IMG/VR virus record: IMGVR_UViG_3300027779_000038
Location: 1 to 53,700 of that record
Source: a virus
Taxonomy: Duplodnaviria; Caudoviricetes
Length of the DNA: 53,700 nucleotides
Direction: 5' to 3' (one strand)
Part shown: positions 19,235-27,496 of the stretch, in pieces
How positions within the stretch are numbered: the stretch's first letter is position 1
Layout of the letters: each line of letters starts with the position of its first letter
The notes under the pieces: generated by a model
Seen by the model: the letters and a program-made list of their open reading frames with translations, nothing else
Databases searched by the model: none
What the model was told of the DNA's origin: nothing
Program-made: the position numbers and the translations under genes

Positions 19235-19459
19235 ATGCATAACGATAAAGCACATCAAAAAGCAAGTAAAGGTCAAAAAATTGGAGTAGTAGGTGAATCT
19301 CATATATGGGATGGACCATTAAATCAAGGTGGAAGATTGCATGGATCTGGATCTAGTTCCGGTATAACAGGTATGCAAGTATCTAAGTTTCCTGAATCAA
19401 GAGCTTCAATGCAGGTAAAATACCCTGTTACTGCTTTGGCTCAAGGTAAGAAGATTTAA
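19235..19459 (+). CDS. Small hypothetical protein (74 aa)
   Basis: A-rich leader; GVVGESHIWDGPL...GSSSGITGM. Confidence 0.7.
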   Translation: MHNDKAHQKASKGQKIGVVGESHIWDGPLNQGGRLHGSGSSSGITGMQVSKFPESRASMQVKYPVTALAQGKKI

Positions 19460-19468
19460 CAAATTAAA

Positions 19469-19621
19469 ATGGAAATGACAGATATAAAACTACTTGTTAT
19501 AAACGGTGTAGCGTTAGCTATAACCATGACTGAATTAGAAGTATCATTAAAAATTATACTTTTACTTGTAACTATTGGATATACAGTATTTAAATGGGTA
19601 AAACTTAAAGAAAAGAAGTAA
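19469..19621 (+). CDS. 50-aa membrane protein, holin-like (MEMTDIKLLVINGVALAITMTELEVSLKIILLLVTIGYTVFKWVKLKEKK)
   Basis: Not in the ORF track. Fills the intergenic gap, with 1-2 hydrophobic helices and a basic C-terminus. Confidence 0.65.
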   Translation: MEMTDIKLLVINGVALAITMTELEVSLKIILLLVTIGYTVFKWVKLKEKK

Positions 19622-19646
19622 TAATTAAACTATAATCATAAACAAA

Positions 19647-19880
19647 ATGGAAAAAGGACACTTTGGGGGTTACACCGGTAACGCTAGACATTCAAAAGTA
19701 ACATCAAGCAACGTACACGCGTCTGAACGTGACGACGCTGCTCATATATCTTATCTTAAAAGAGATGTATTAGATGATCAAAAATATGGTGGTAGCCATA
19801 AAGATGAAAATCAAACAGCTGATGAAAAACATATTTCTAAATTAGCCGGAGATATGAAATATGATAAAGATCATCACTAA
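19647..19880 (+). CDS. Small His/Asp-rich hypothetical protein (77 aa)
   Basis: Internal repeat DDAAHISYLKRDVLDD / ADEKHISKLAGDMKYD. Confidence 0.7.
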   Translation: MEKGHFGGYTGNARHSKVTSSNVHASERDDAAHISYLKRDVLDDQKYGGSHKDENQTADEKHISKLAGDMKYDKDHH

Positions 19881-21688
19881 TGAAAAAACAACCATTTTAT
19901 AAAAAAGGTAGTCCTTTAAATCAATTTCCTGATCCTATTAAATTATTAAGAACAAAATTTGGAGGTAAATCTAATCCAGGAGATTTAAATAATTCAACAT
20001 CTCCTAGAGGTGCACTTGCCTCGCATAGATATCATAATACCCCACCTACATCTTCTTTTGGAGAGCGAGTTACAAACACTATTAATAGTTTGTTTAATCT
20101 TAACAATGAAGCACCAAGAACACAAGGTAAAACTTTAGAAGTTGATACCTGGAGGAATGAAAATGTTCGCAAAGAAGAAAAAAAGCCAGTTGTTTCAGGT
20201 AATCCAGTTACTCCAGTTGTTTTAGGTAATCCAGAGAAAAAGACAGTTATCAAAAACAAAAAGCCAGTTGAATCACAATACAAAGATGAAGGTTCTGGTG
20301 GTGGTGGTGGTATTAATACATCATTCATGAAAGATTATAGCCTTGGTGAAGATTCAAATATTAAAAACGCAGGTATTAATCTTGTTAAAAATTCAGCTAA
20401 AGGTATATTAACAAGGCATGGTGGTTCTACAACGCGAGATGGTAAGCTTATGAAAACTTATGATAGTGATGTTTCTGCTAGTGGTAAAGCTGGTAGAAAA
20501 GCTAGAAAGCAAATGAAGAAAGATGATAAAATGGCTGGGCTTACTCGCCCAGAAAGAAGAGAAAGAAAACTAATGGCTAAAGCTATGGCCAGTCAAAGGG
20601 CTGCCGGTTTAAACTTTACAGCGGGTGATAATATGAGTGCTGAAATAGGTGAAGTAGGTCAAGCTATGTTATCCCCATCTCAAAGTAGTTTTACGACAGA
20701 AAGAGAAGCTGGTCTTGATTATGGTGGCAAAGCTAGAAAAAAAGGTATGAGATTGATTAATAAAACTAATCAATTTATAGATAGACAAAGAGGTCAAGTA
20801 TCTCAAGGTTCATCTATGGAGCCGGGTATAAGAAAACCACAAACAGCAACACAATCATTAACTGAAGAAATAAGTAATAGGGGTGATAATCCTACTCAAT
20901 CTATTGAAATAAATAAAATATCTAGTGCAGGCCAGAAAATTCAAGATAAAATTGCAGCAGGATCAAGTTATAAACCTACATCCCCAAAAATAAATCCAGA
21001 AGATGTTATAAATAAAATTCAGCCAGGAAGAAAAGAAATACAACTACCTGGTTCCAGTATTTCAAGGGGAGATATAGGCTCAGGAATTTATAAAACTGGT
21101 CCAATTAAAAATCTTAGTACAGGTGTAGTTAAAGGTAAAGTACCTACTCAACAAGTCAAACAAAAACAAGCTTTCTATAAAAAAGGTCCTCTTCTTCACG
21201 TAAACCCTAATGACCCTGGTCATGATCCAAGTATTAAACATAAACAAAATGTTGAGGGTGTTGATGTGGGTGGTAATGATTCTACTACATATGATTCTAA
21301 AAGTGATGGGTATGGTATAGATAATAAAGCGGTAACAAATAATCCGGCTTTTAAAAATAAAAATTTATCTGATTTTCCTATGAATTCTCAGTTGCGTAAA
21401 GACTATTATACAGCTAGAGGTCTGGCGCAAGATTATACTACTGAATTAAAAATTAATTCTGGAGGTGAAGATTCCCCGGATTCTTCCTCCCAAACCAAAA
21501 ATGTCGAAATGGAAGAAAAAAATACAGGAGTAGAGAAAGAAAATACAGAAGTGGTAGAACCACAAACAAATAAAAACACAAACCAAAAACCTAAAAAACA
21601 AAAAATGGGTCTTATATCTGAAGAACAAGCCGGTGTATTCTTTAAAAAAGGTCCATTAAATACAATTAAAAAAATAGTTAGAAGATAA
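19880..21688 (+). CDS. Basic, largely disordered protein (602 aa), possible internal head protein
   Basis: K/S/G/Q-rich with three F(Y/F)KKG(S)PL motifs; TAATG-coupled to the upstream gene. Confidence 0.7.
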   Translation: MKKQPFYKKGSPLNQFPDPIKLLRTKFGGKSNPGDLNNSTSPRGALASHRYHNTPPTSSFGERVTNTINSLFNLNNEAPRTQGKTLEVDTWRNENVRKEEKKPVVSGNPVTPVVLGNPEKKTVIKNKKPVESQYKDEGSGGGGGINTSFMKDYSLGEDSNIKNAGINLVKNSAKGILTRHGGSTTRDGKLMKTYDSDVSASGKAGRKARKQMKKDDKMAGLTRPERRERKLMAKAMASQRAAGLNFTAGDNMSAEIGEVGQAMLSPSQSSFTTEREAGLDYGGKARKKGMRLINKTNQFIDRQRGQVSQGSSMEPGIRKPQTATQSLTEEISNRGDNPTQSIEINKISSAGQKIQDKIAAGSSYKPTSPKINPEDVINKIQPGRKEIQLPGSSISRGDIGSGIYKTGPIKNLSTGVVKGKVPTQQVKQKQAFYKKGPLLHVNPNDPGHDPSIKHKQNVEGVDVGGNDSTTYDSKSDGYGIDNKAVTNNPAFKNKNLSDFPMNSQLRKDYYTARGLAQDYTTELKINSGGEDSPDSSSQTKNVEMEEKNTGVEKENTEVVEPQTNKNTNQKPKKQKMGLISEEQAGVFFKKGPLNTIKKIVRR

Positions 21689-21759
21689 CAGAATAGAACT
21701 GTATAAAATCTAACCAAACATTAAAACAATAAAACAATAAACATTAAAACAAAAACAAA

Positions 21760-22179
21760 ATGGCAAAATTTATAAAATTTCCGTGTACTAATACAGCTGT
21801 AGCGGCACCGCTATCACCTATAAATAATATATTAGTAAACGTTGAAGACATTACAACAGTTGTAGCAACAGGAGCTACAGGTGGTACTGCAAAAACTGTA
21901 GTTATCGGTTTAACTGGTAGAGCTGCTCAAGCTGCTGCTGCTGGAGGTGCTGGTGGTAGAACATTAACATTAACAGTAAGCACAAACACCGCGCTTCCAT
22001 TGGTTAATCCAACACTTAACACTGGTCAACAAAATCCATTAGTTGCAGCTGTAAGAGGAGCAATGACTGCTAATCCAGGAGGCGTTGTAACTACTTGCTC
22101 ACCGGGATTTGATGACATAGCAACTGCTGCAAATCCAAGTGGAATTAGAATGTATTGGGCTACAGCTACATATGCATAG
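21760..22179 (+). CDS. Ala/Thr/Gly-rich putative virion structural protein (139 aa)
   Basis: Composition resembles the capsid and decoration proteins; long A/C-rich leader. Confidence 0.65.
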   Translation: MAKFIKFPCTNTAVAAPLSPINNILVNVEDITTVVATGATGGTAKTVVIGLTGRAAQAAAAGGAGGRTLTLTVSTNTALPLVNPTLNTGQQNPLVAAVRGAMTANPGGVVTTCSPGFDDIATAANPSGIRMYWATATYA

Positions 22180-22330
22180 TAGTAAAGGTCTTGGTGATAG
22201 TATAGAGAAATTTACCACTAAAACTGGGATTAAAAGTATTGTTGACAAAGTATCGCAGGGGCTTAATGTTCCCTGCGGTTGTCAGCAAAGAAAAAATGTG
22301 TTAAACGAAATGTTTCCTTATAAAAAATAA
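22172..22330 (+). CDS. Small conserved phage protein (52 aa) with SKGLGD...CGC..RK..LN..FPY motif
   Basis: Start reassigned to ATG 22172, same frame as track ORF 22139..22330. Recognisable phage motif. Confidence 0.7.
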   Translation: MHSSKGLGDSIEKFTTKTGIKSIVDKVSQGLNVPCGCQQRKNVLNEMFPYKK

Positions 22331-22331
22331 T

Positions 22332-22658
22332 ATGGCTTTTAAATTAAATAATCCTCCATATACAAAATTTGTAACGCCAGTTCATGAAATGGATTTAGAT
22401 GATGGTATTTTAGGTAAAGCAGATAAAAATGGAAATATATTAATAAATAAAAAAATAAAAGATCCAAAACAAAGAGAGGAAGTTATTAATCATGAAGATA
22501 TACATATACAACAAATGAAAGATGGTATATTAGATTATGATGATGATAATGTGTACTATAAAGGCAAAACATATCCTCGTTCAGAAATGAAGGAAGGTAG
22601 TCCAGCTTTAGCTTGGGAAAAAACAGCATATAAAAAAGAAAATATTAAAAACACATAA
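22332..22658 (+). CDS. Putative zincin-type metallopeptidase (HExxH)
   Basis: ILGKADKNGNILIN...VINHEDIHIQQ...AWEK.AY. Confidence 0.6.
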   Translation: MAFKLNNPPYTKFVTPVHEMDLDDGILGKADKNGNILINKKIKDPKQREEVINHEDIHIQQMKDGILDYDDDNVYYKGKTYPRSEMKEGSPALAWEKTAYKKENIKNT

Positions 22659-22659
22659 A

Positions 22660-22791
22660 ATGGGATACGGGAGTAAAGAAGTAACAAGTGATTCATGGAT
22701 AAAAAAACATACTCGAGATTTATATAAATATAACCCTGTTGTTAATAAAGCAAGCGCTTTAAATAAACGAGGTAATATTAATAAAAAATAG
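22660..22791 (+). CDS. 43-aa basic hypothetical protein (MGYGSKEVTSDSWIKKHTRDLYKYNPVVNKASALNKRGNINKK)
   Basis: Not in the ORF track; exactly fills the gap between its neighbours. Confidence 0.55.
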   Translation: MGYGSKEVTSDSWIKKHTRDLYKYNPVVNKASALNKRGNINKK

Positions 22792-22797
22792 TAATAA

Positions 22798-23178
22798 ATG
22801 TTTAAATTCTTACTAGGTCTTTTAGGCAAAGGTAACGGAGATAAAACCGTTGCTGGTAACTTGGCTTGGGATATAAGAGAAGCAATAAAAGGTAAAGAGT
22901 TAGACCCTGAAAAATTAATAGAATTACAAACAAAGATCAATGCAGTTGAAGCTCAGCACCGTACATTATTCGTTGCTGGGTGGAGACCGTTTATTGGTTG
23001 GATATGTGGAGTAGCATTGGCCTATAATTTTGTCATAAGAGACTTATTTATATGGGTTACAAAAACTACCGAAGCTCCACCCGCTTTACAGATGGATCAT
23101 TTAATGACCGTATTGTTAGGTATGTTAGGCTTAGGTGGATTAAGAACTTACGAAAAAATTAAAGGAAAAGATAAATAA
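22798..23178 (+). CDS. Holin, 3TM / GTA-holin family
   Basis: FVAGWRPFIGWICG and LLGMLGLGGLRTYEKIKG signature motifs. Confidence 0.85.
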   Translation: MFKFLLGLLGKGNGDKTVAGNLAWDIREAIKGKELDPEKLIELQTKINAVEAQHRTLFVAGWRPFIGWICGVALAYNFVIRDLFIWVTKTTEAPPALQMDHLMTVLLGMLGLGGLRTYEKIKGKDK

Positions 23179-23190
23179 ATAAAAATAAAT

Positions 23191-23922
23191 ATGTATCAAC
23201 AAAATCAAAGTGATATGTTCACAAATGCAGTAGAAGTAGAATTAGCTGCAACATTATCAAATGTAACAATTCCTGGTGCTAGGTTTGTTGGAGCTAATAC
23301 CTCTGCAAACATAACCGCTAGCGCTTCTGCGGTAGCATACCCATCAATTGGTGCGGCTGCTGGTGGAACTTTTTTAGGTTCTGCAAGACCTAGTGTTAGA
23401 GGTGTAGGGACTGGTGAACAAAATGATCGAATAGGTGTTTCATATACACTTGTGGCAGATGCTACCGGAGTAATTACCAGTATAACTCCAGTTCAAACAA
23501 GACGTAATGGAAACATACAAGGAGCAGCAACAAGTGTACCATTAAATCCAGGTGTAGGTCCAAACATAGGACTAGGTACTATTATATTTGATACCGCATG
23601 TTTAATACAAGCTTTTGGTGCTTTAACTCCGGCTATAACAGGTTCTGTTACTTGTACAATGGTAGCAGGGGATTTTCAAGTTCCTAGAAGTGGTACAGTT
23701 GCAGGTGCAGTAGAAAGTGTCTATGAATTTGATTCACGATCAGGTGGAGATAGTTTTGGCATATGGATAGGTGTTGCCGGTACTATTAAACTAGAATTAG
23801 CAGGTGCTCCAGCTAATCAATTTGTTACCATAACAGCTCCAGTTGGACCTATGGATTTACAAGCTAGAAAAATATATATAGGAGCCAATACTACAGCAAC
23901 GGGAATACTAGCCCTTTACTAG
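23191..23922 (+). CDS. Head spike base-like structural protein with a large insertion
   Basis: C-terminal IWIGVAGTIKLEL...V.I..PVG..DLQARKIY...TTATGILALY matches the RcGTA Rcc01079-type spike-base pattern. Confidence 0.6.
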   Translation: MYQQNQSDMFTNAVEVELAATLSNVTIPGARFVGANTSANITASASAVAYPSIGAAAGGTFLGSARPSVRGVGTGEQNDRIGVSYTLVADATGVITSITPVQTRRNGNIQGAATSVPLNPGVGPNIGLGTIIFDTACLIQAFGALTPAITGSVTCTMVAGDFQVPRSGTVAGAVESVYEFDSRSGGDSFGIWIGVAGTIKLELAGAPANQFVTITAPVGPMDLQARKIYIGANTTATGILALY

Positions 23923-23947
23923 TAAAAATTAAATCAAATTAAATTAA

Positions 23948-24220
23948 ATGAAAAAAGTAAAATCAATAAAAGCCGAAGAGGCTAAGGTTCAAATTACAAT
24001 AGATCAATTAGCTAAAATCAAAAAACAGCAAGAAGACCTAGGTGGTCTATTAAGAGACATAGGTTATCTTGAAACTCAAAAGCATGAATTAAATCATAAA
24101 TACGCTATATTAGTTGAAGAAATTGAAAAGTTAAAAACAGAGTTAGAAAAAGAATATGGCGCTGTTAATATTAGTTTAGAAGACGGCACTTGTACTCCTA
24201 TAGATAAAAAAAGTGAGTAG
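23948..24220 (+). CDS. Coiled-coil hypothetical protein (90 aa)
   Basis: Heptad-rich helix followed by EKEYGAVNISLEDGT. Confidence 0.75.
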   Translation: MKKVKSIKAEEAKVQITIDQLAKIKKQQEDLGGLLRDIGYLETQKHELNHKYAILVEEIEKLKTELEKEYGAVNISLEDGTCTPIDKKSE

Positions 24221-24443
24221 TAAAGTTATAAGAAAAATCAGCATTGGTTCTGATTATAAAAATGATGCCATGCACTATGCTATAGGACAGCAAGTGTATG
24301 GTGGTCACACAATCTCTCATGTGCTATATGATGAAGAAGAATCATCTTATAATATTTTTATTAAAAAAGAAGATGAGGTATTACCATGGAAAAAATTTAA
24401 TTCCAATATGGCTATATCGGTCGAATATGATCTAGAATACTAA
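24213..24443 (+). CDS. Conserved hypothetical protein (76 aa, GTG start)
   Basis: IRKISIGSDYKNDAMHY..GQ.VYGGH...WKKFN.NMAISVEY; coupled to both neighbours. Confidence 0.75.
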   Translation: MSSKVIRKISIGSDYKNDAMHYAIGQQVYGGHTISHVLYDEEESSYNIFIKKEDEVLPWKKFNSNMAISVEYDLEY

Positions 24444-25060
24444 TGAACAGCATTTACCAGTTTATAATACAGCCTATTGGTAAAAGATATAATAATAAAA
24501 TAAATGTTGATGATAAAGAATTAATTATTAATTCTAGTATTTCAGATCATAAATTCATTAATAGAACTGCTAAAGTTATCGGTGTTCCACTTGGAATAAA
24601 AACTTATATTAAAAAAGGAGACATAGTTATAGTACATCATAACATATTTAGAAGATACTATGATATGAAAGGCAAATCAGTAAATGGATCTAAGTTTTTT
24701 AAAGATGATTTATACTTTGCAATGCCTTCTCAAATATATTTATATAAAAGAAATGATGAGTGGAAAACAAATGAAAATTTTTGTTTTGTAAAACCACTTT
24801 ATGAAAAGAATGAATTTAAGGATAATAAATTAAAAAAGAACATTGGTATATTAAAGTATAGTAATAGTTCATTAGAAGTGCTAGAAATAACAGAAGGAGA
24901 CGTGGTAGGATTTAAACCTAAGCGAGAATTTGAGTTTGTTATTGATAAGCAACTTTTATATTGTATGGAATCAAATGATATTGTAATTAAATATGAACAC
25001 AAAGGAAACGAAATTAAATATAATCCAAGCTGGGCAAAAAGCAGTAGAGGAATTAATTAA
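24443..25060 (+). CDS. Tandem GroES-like (two Cpn10-fold repeats) protein
   Basis: Repeat 1: FIIQP...AKVIGVP...IKKGDIVIV. Repeat 2: FCFVKP...GILKY...ITEGDVVGF...EFEFVID..LLY.M..NDIV. Confidence 0.55.
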   Translation: MNSIYQFIIQPIGKRYNNKINVDDKELIINSSISDHKFINRTAKVIGVPLGIKTYIKKGDIVIVHHNIFRRYYDMKGKSVNGSKFFKDDLYFAMPSQIYLYKRNDEWKTNENFCFVKPLYEKNEFKDNKLKKNIGILKYSNSSLEVLEITEGDVVGFKPKREFEFVIDKQLLYCMESNDIVIKYEHKGNEIKYNPSWAKSSRGIN

Positions 25061-25265
25061 AGTTGCAAAAGAAAAAATTGTAGATTCAGAAGAAGATATT
25101 TCTGCTGATAGATTAAAAAATGCAGCGGCTACAAAAAAATTAGCTATCTTTGATGCTTTTGAAATACTAACACGTATAGAAGAAGAGGAAAGTATGTTAA
25201 AAGAAAGTTCTAAAAAAGATAAAGGCGCAAACTTTAAAGGTTTTGCAGAGGGGAGATCTAAATAA
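24993..25265 (+). CDS. Probable terminase small subunit
   Basis: 90-aa helical protein immediately upstream of and TAATG-coupled to terL; overlaps the previous gene by 68 nt. Confidence 0.55.
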   Translation: MNTKETKLNIIQAGQKAVEELIKVAKEKIVDSEEDISADRLKNAAATKKLAIFDAFEILTRIEEEESMLKESSKKDKGANFKGFAEGRSK

Positions 25266-27496
25266 TGTATCAACAAACTCTATATAAAATTTTACCAGAC
25301 CATATTAAATCTAAAGTACTTAAAAGAAATAATAGATATAAAAAATGGGAGACAGGTTACAATGAAGAATATGATATTATTGTTATTAGTAAAACTGGTC
25401 AAATTGGTGAAGTATATGAAATACAAGGTCTCAAAGTGGCACTTCCATTAGAAAAGGACATTTATAAAAGATCAGGCAAAAAAGATGAACAATATTGGGA
25501 ATCTCATAGTTATCCATCAGAATTATCAAAAATTAAAACAGTTTTTGATTGGAATAATTATCCTTCCCTTTTTAAAGATAAATGGTATGATTACATTGAT
25601 GAAGAGTTTAAAAGACGCGATGAAGGGTTCTGGTTCTATAACAAAGGTAATCCTAGTTATATTACTGGTTCTCATTACATGTACCTGCAATGGACCAAGA
25701 TTGATGTTGGGCAACCAGATTTTAGGGAGTCAAACAGGATCTTTTACATTTTCTGGGAGGCATGCAAGTTGGACACCCGATCTTACGGATTGTGTTACCT
25801 TAAGAACAGACGTTCTGGATTTTCATTCATGGCATCTTCGGAACTTGTACACCAGGCAACCATCTCTTCGGATTCCAGATATGGGATATTATCGAAGACT
25901 GGAGCTGATGCAAAGAAGATGTTTACCGATAAAGTTGTACCCATATCAGTCAATTACCCCTTTTTCTTCAAACCGATCCAGGACGGTATGGACCGTCCCA
26001 AGACCGAACTCGCCTATAGGATCCCTGCCTCGAAACTCACACGGCGAAAACTTGATAAGAACGAACGTCCCGAGGACCTTGTCGGGTTGGACACCACAAT
26101 CGATTGGAAGAACACAGGGGACAACTCGTATGACGGTGAGAAACTTAAGATCCTTGCCCACGACGAATCCGGGAAATGGGAGCGTCCAGACAACATCCTC
26201 AATAACTGGCGTGTCACGAAAACAACGTTAAGATTAGGTAGCAGAATAATTGGTAGATGCATGATGGGTTCAACATCCAATGCACTAGATAAAGGAGGGA
26301 CTAATTTTAAAAAACTATATGATTCATCAAACGTCACAAATAGAAACCGTAATGGTCAGACTAACTCAGGACTATATAGTTTGTTCATACCTATGGAATG
26401 GAATTACGAAGGATACATCGATATGCATGGATTTCCTGTATTCGACACTCCAAAAAAACCCGTCGCCGGCATTGATGGATCCAAGATTCAGATCGGAGTT
26501 ATCTCGCATTGGGAAAACGAAGTTGATGGTTTAAAAGATGATCAAGATAGTTTAAACGAATTTTATCGTCAGTTTCCACGAACAGAAAAACATGCTTTTA
26601 GAGATGAAGCAAAACAATCTTTATTTAATTTAACTAAGATTTATGAACAAATAGATTATAATGAAGATTTAAGAAATACAAATATTTTAACACAAGGTAG
26701 CTTTCAATGGGAAGGAGGGGTTAAAGATACAAGAGTCATGTTTTATCCTAATAAAAATGGAAGATTTTTAATATCATGGATTCCACCATCGCAGTTACAA
26801 AATAAATATTTAATTAAAAATGGTATAAAATATCCAGGTAACGATCATACTGGTGCGTTTGGCTGTGATTCTTATGATATATCAGGAACAGTAGACGGTA
26901 GAGGTTCAAATGGATCTCTTCATGGTTTAACTAAGTTTTCTATGGAGGATGTTCCTCCTAATAGTTTTTTTTTAGAATACATAGCAAGACCCCAAACTTC
27001 TGATATATTTTTTGAAGAAGTATTAATGGCTTTAGTTTTTTATGGTATGCCAATATTAGCTGAAAATAACAAACCAAGATTGTTATACTACTTAAAAAGA
27101 AGAGGATACAGGGGATATTCTATAAATAGACCAGACAAAACATATAATAAACTATCTGTAACAGAAAGAGAAATAGGTGGTATACCTAATTCAAGTGAAG
27201 ATATAAAGCAAGCTCACGCAGCTGCTGTAGAGGATTATATAGAAAATTTTGTTGGTCAAGTAAACGAAGGATATGGAGACATGTATTTTCAAAGAACACT
27301 AGAAGATTGGGCTAAGTTTAATATAAATAACAGAACAAAACATGATGCGTCTATTAGTTCGGGGTTAGCAATAATGGCGTGTAATAAAAATAGATATGCA
27401 CCATATGCTGAAAGGATAATATCAAAAGTCCCAGTTGGTATTAAAAGATATGACAATAAAGGGTACAATTCAAAAATAATGAAAATAAATGGTTAA
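25265..27496 (+). CDS. terL: Terminase large subunit
   Basis: Walker A-like LKNRRSGFS, Walker B LAHDESGKW, coupling motif MGSTS, RNase H-like nuclease FGCDSYD and terminal HDASISSG; precedes the portal gene. Confidence 0.92.
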   Translation: MYQQTLYKILPDHIKSKVLKRNNRYKKWETGYNEEYDIIVISKTGQIGEVYEIQGLKVALPLEKDIYKRSGKKDEQYWESHSYPSELSKIKTVFDWNNYPSLFKDKWYDYIDEEFKRRDEGFWFYNKGNPSYITGSHYMYLQWTKIDVGQPDFRESNRIFYIFWEACKLDTRSYGLCYLKNRRSGFSFMASSELVHQATISSDSRYGILSKTGADAKKMFTDKVVPISVNYPFFFKPIQDGMDRPKTELAYRIPASKLTRRKLDKNERPEDLVGLDTTIDWKNTGDNSYDGEKLKILAHDESGKWERPDNILNNWRVTKTTLRLGSRIIGRCMMGSTSNALDKGGTNFKKLYDSSNVTNRNRNGQTNSGLYSLFIPMEWNYEGYIDMHGFPVFDTPKKPVAGIDGSKIQIGVISHWENEVDGLKDDQDSLNEFYRQFPRTEKHAFRDEAKQSLFNLTKIYEQIDYNEDLRNTNILTQGSFQWEGGVKDTRVMFYPNKNGRFLISWIPPSQLQNKYLIKNGIKYPGNDHTGAFGCDSYDISGTVDGRGSNGSLHGLTKFSMEDVPPNSFFLEYIARPQTSDIFFEEVLMALVFYGMPILAENNKPRLLYYLKRRGYRGYSINRPDKTYNKLSVTEREIGGIPNSSEDIKQAHAAAVEDYIENFVGQVNEGYGDMYFQRTLEDWAKFNINNRTKHDASISSGLAIMACNKNRYAPYAERIISKVPVGIKRYDNKGYNSKIMKING
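25620..26231 (+). CDS. Putative lipoprotein overprinted in the +1 frame of terL (203 aa from Met at 25620; frame open from 25485)
   Basis: 248 stop-free codons in +1. MKGSGSITKVILVILLVLITC|TC signal-peptide/lipobox-like N-terminus. Coincides with a sharp GC rise in terL. Confidence 0.65.
   Translation: MKGSGSITKVILVILLVLITCTCNGPRLMLGNQILGSQTGSFTFSGRHASWTPDLTDCVTLRTDVLDFHSWHLRNLYTRQPSLRIPDMGYYRRLELMQRRCLPIKLYPYQSITPFSSNRSRTVWTVPRPNSPIGSLPRNSHGENLIRTNVPRTLSGWTPQSIGRTQGTTRMTVRNLRSLPTTNPGNGSVQTTSSITGVSRKQR
26427..26534 (+). CDS. Possible second overprinted peptide in terL +1 frame (MDFLYSTLQKNPSPALMDPRFRSELSRIGKTKLMV; ORF open from 26319)
   Basis: Same +1 frame; a local GC-rich island at about 26400-26530 ends at its stop codon. 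Confidence 0.4.
   Translation: MDFLYSTLQKNPSPALMDPRFRSELSRIGKTKLMV

Noticed and set aside
20186-20232. Tandem repeat CCAGTTGTTT(C/T)AGGTAATCCAG x2
   Set aside because: Simple in-frame duplication (PVVSGNP/PVVLGNP) in a disordered protein; not a CRISPR or regulatory array.
21688-21714. preQ1-I riboswitch
   Set aside because: Similar stem plus A-rich-tail architecture, but the loop is too short, the ligand-binding consensus is missing and the downstream gene is unrelated.
25600-26550. Intron, intein or HGT explanation for the GC-rich part of terL
   Set aside because: TerL ATPase motifs run continuously through it with no insertion, splice motifs or homing endonuclease. A recombinant patch is not fully excluded.
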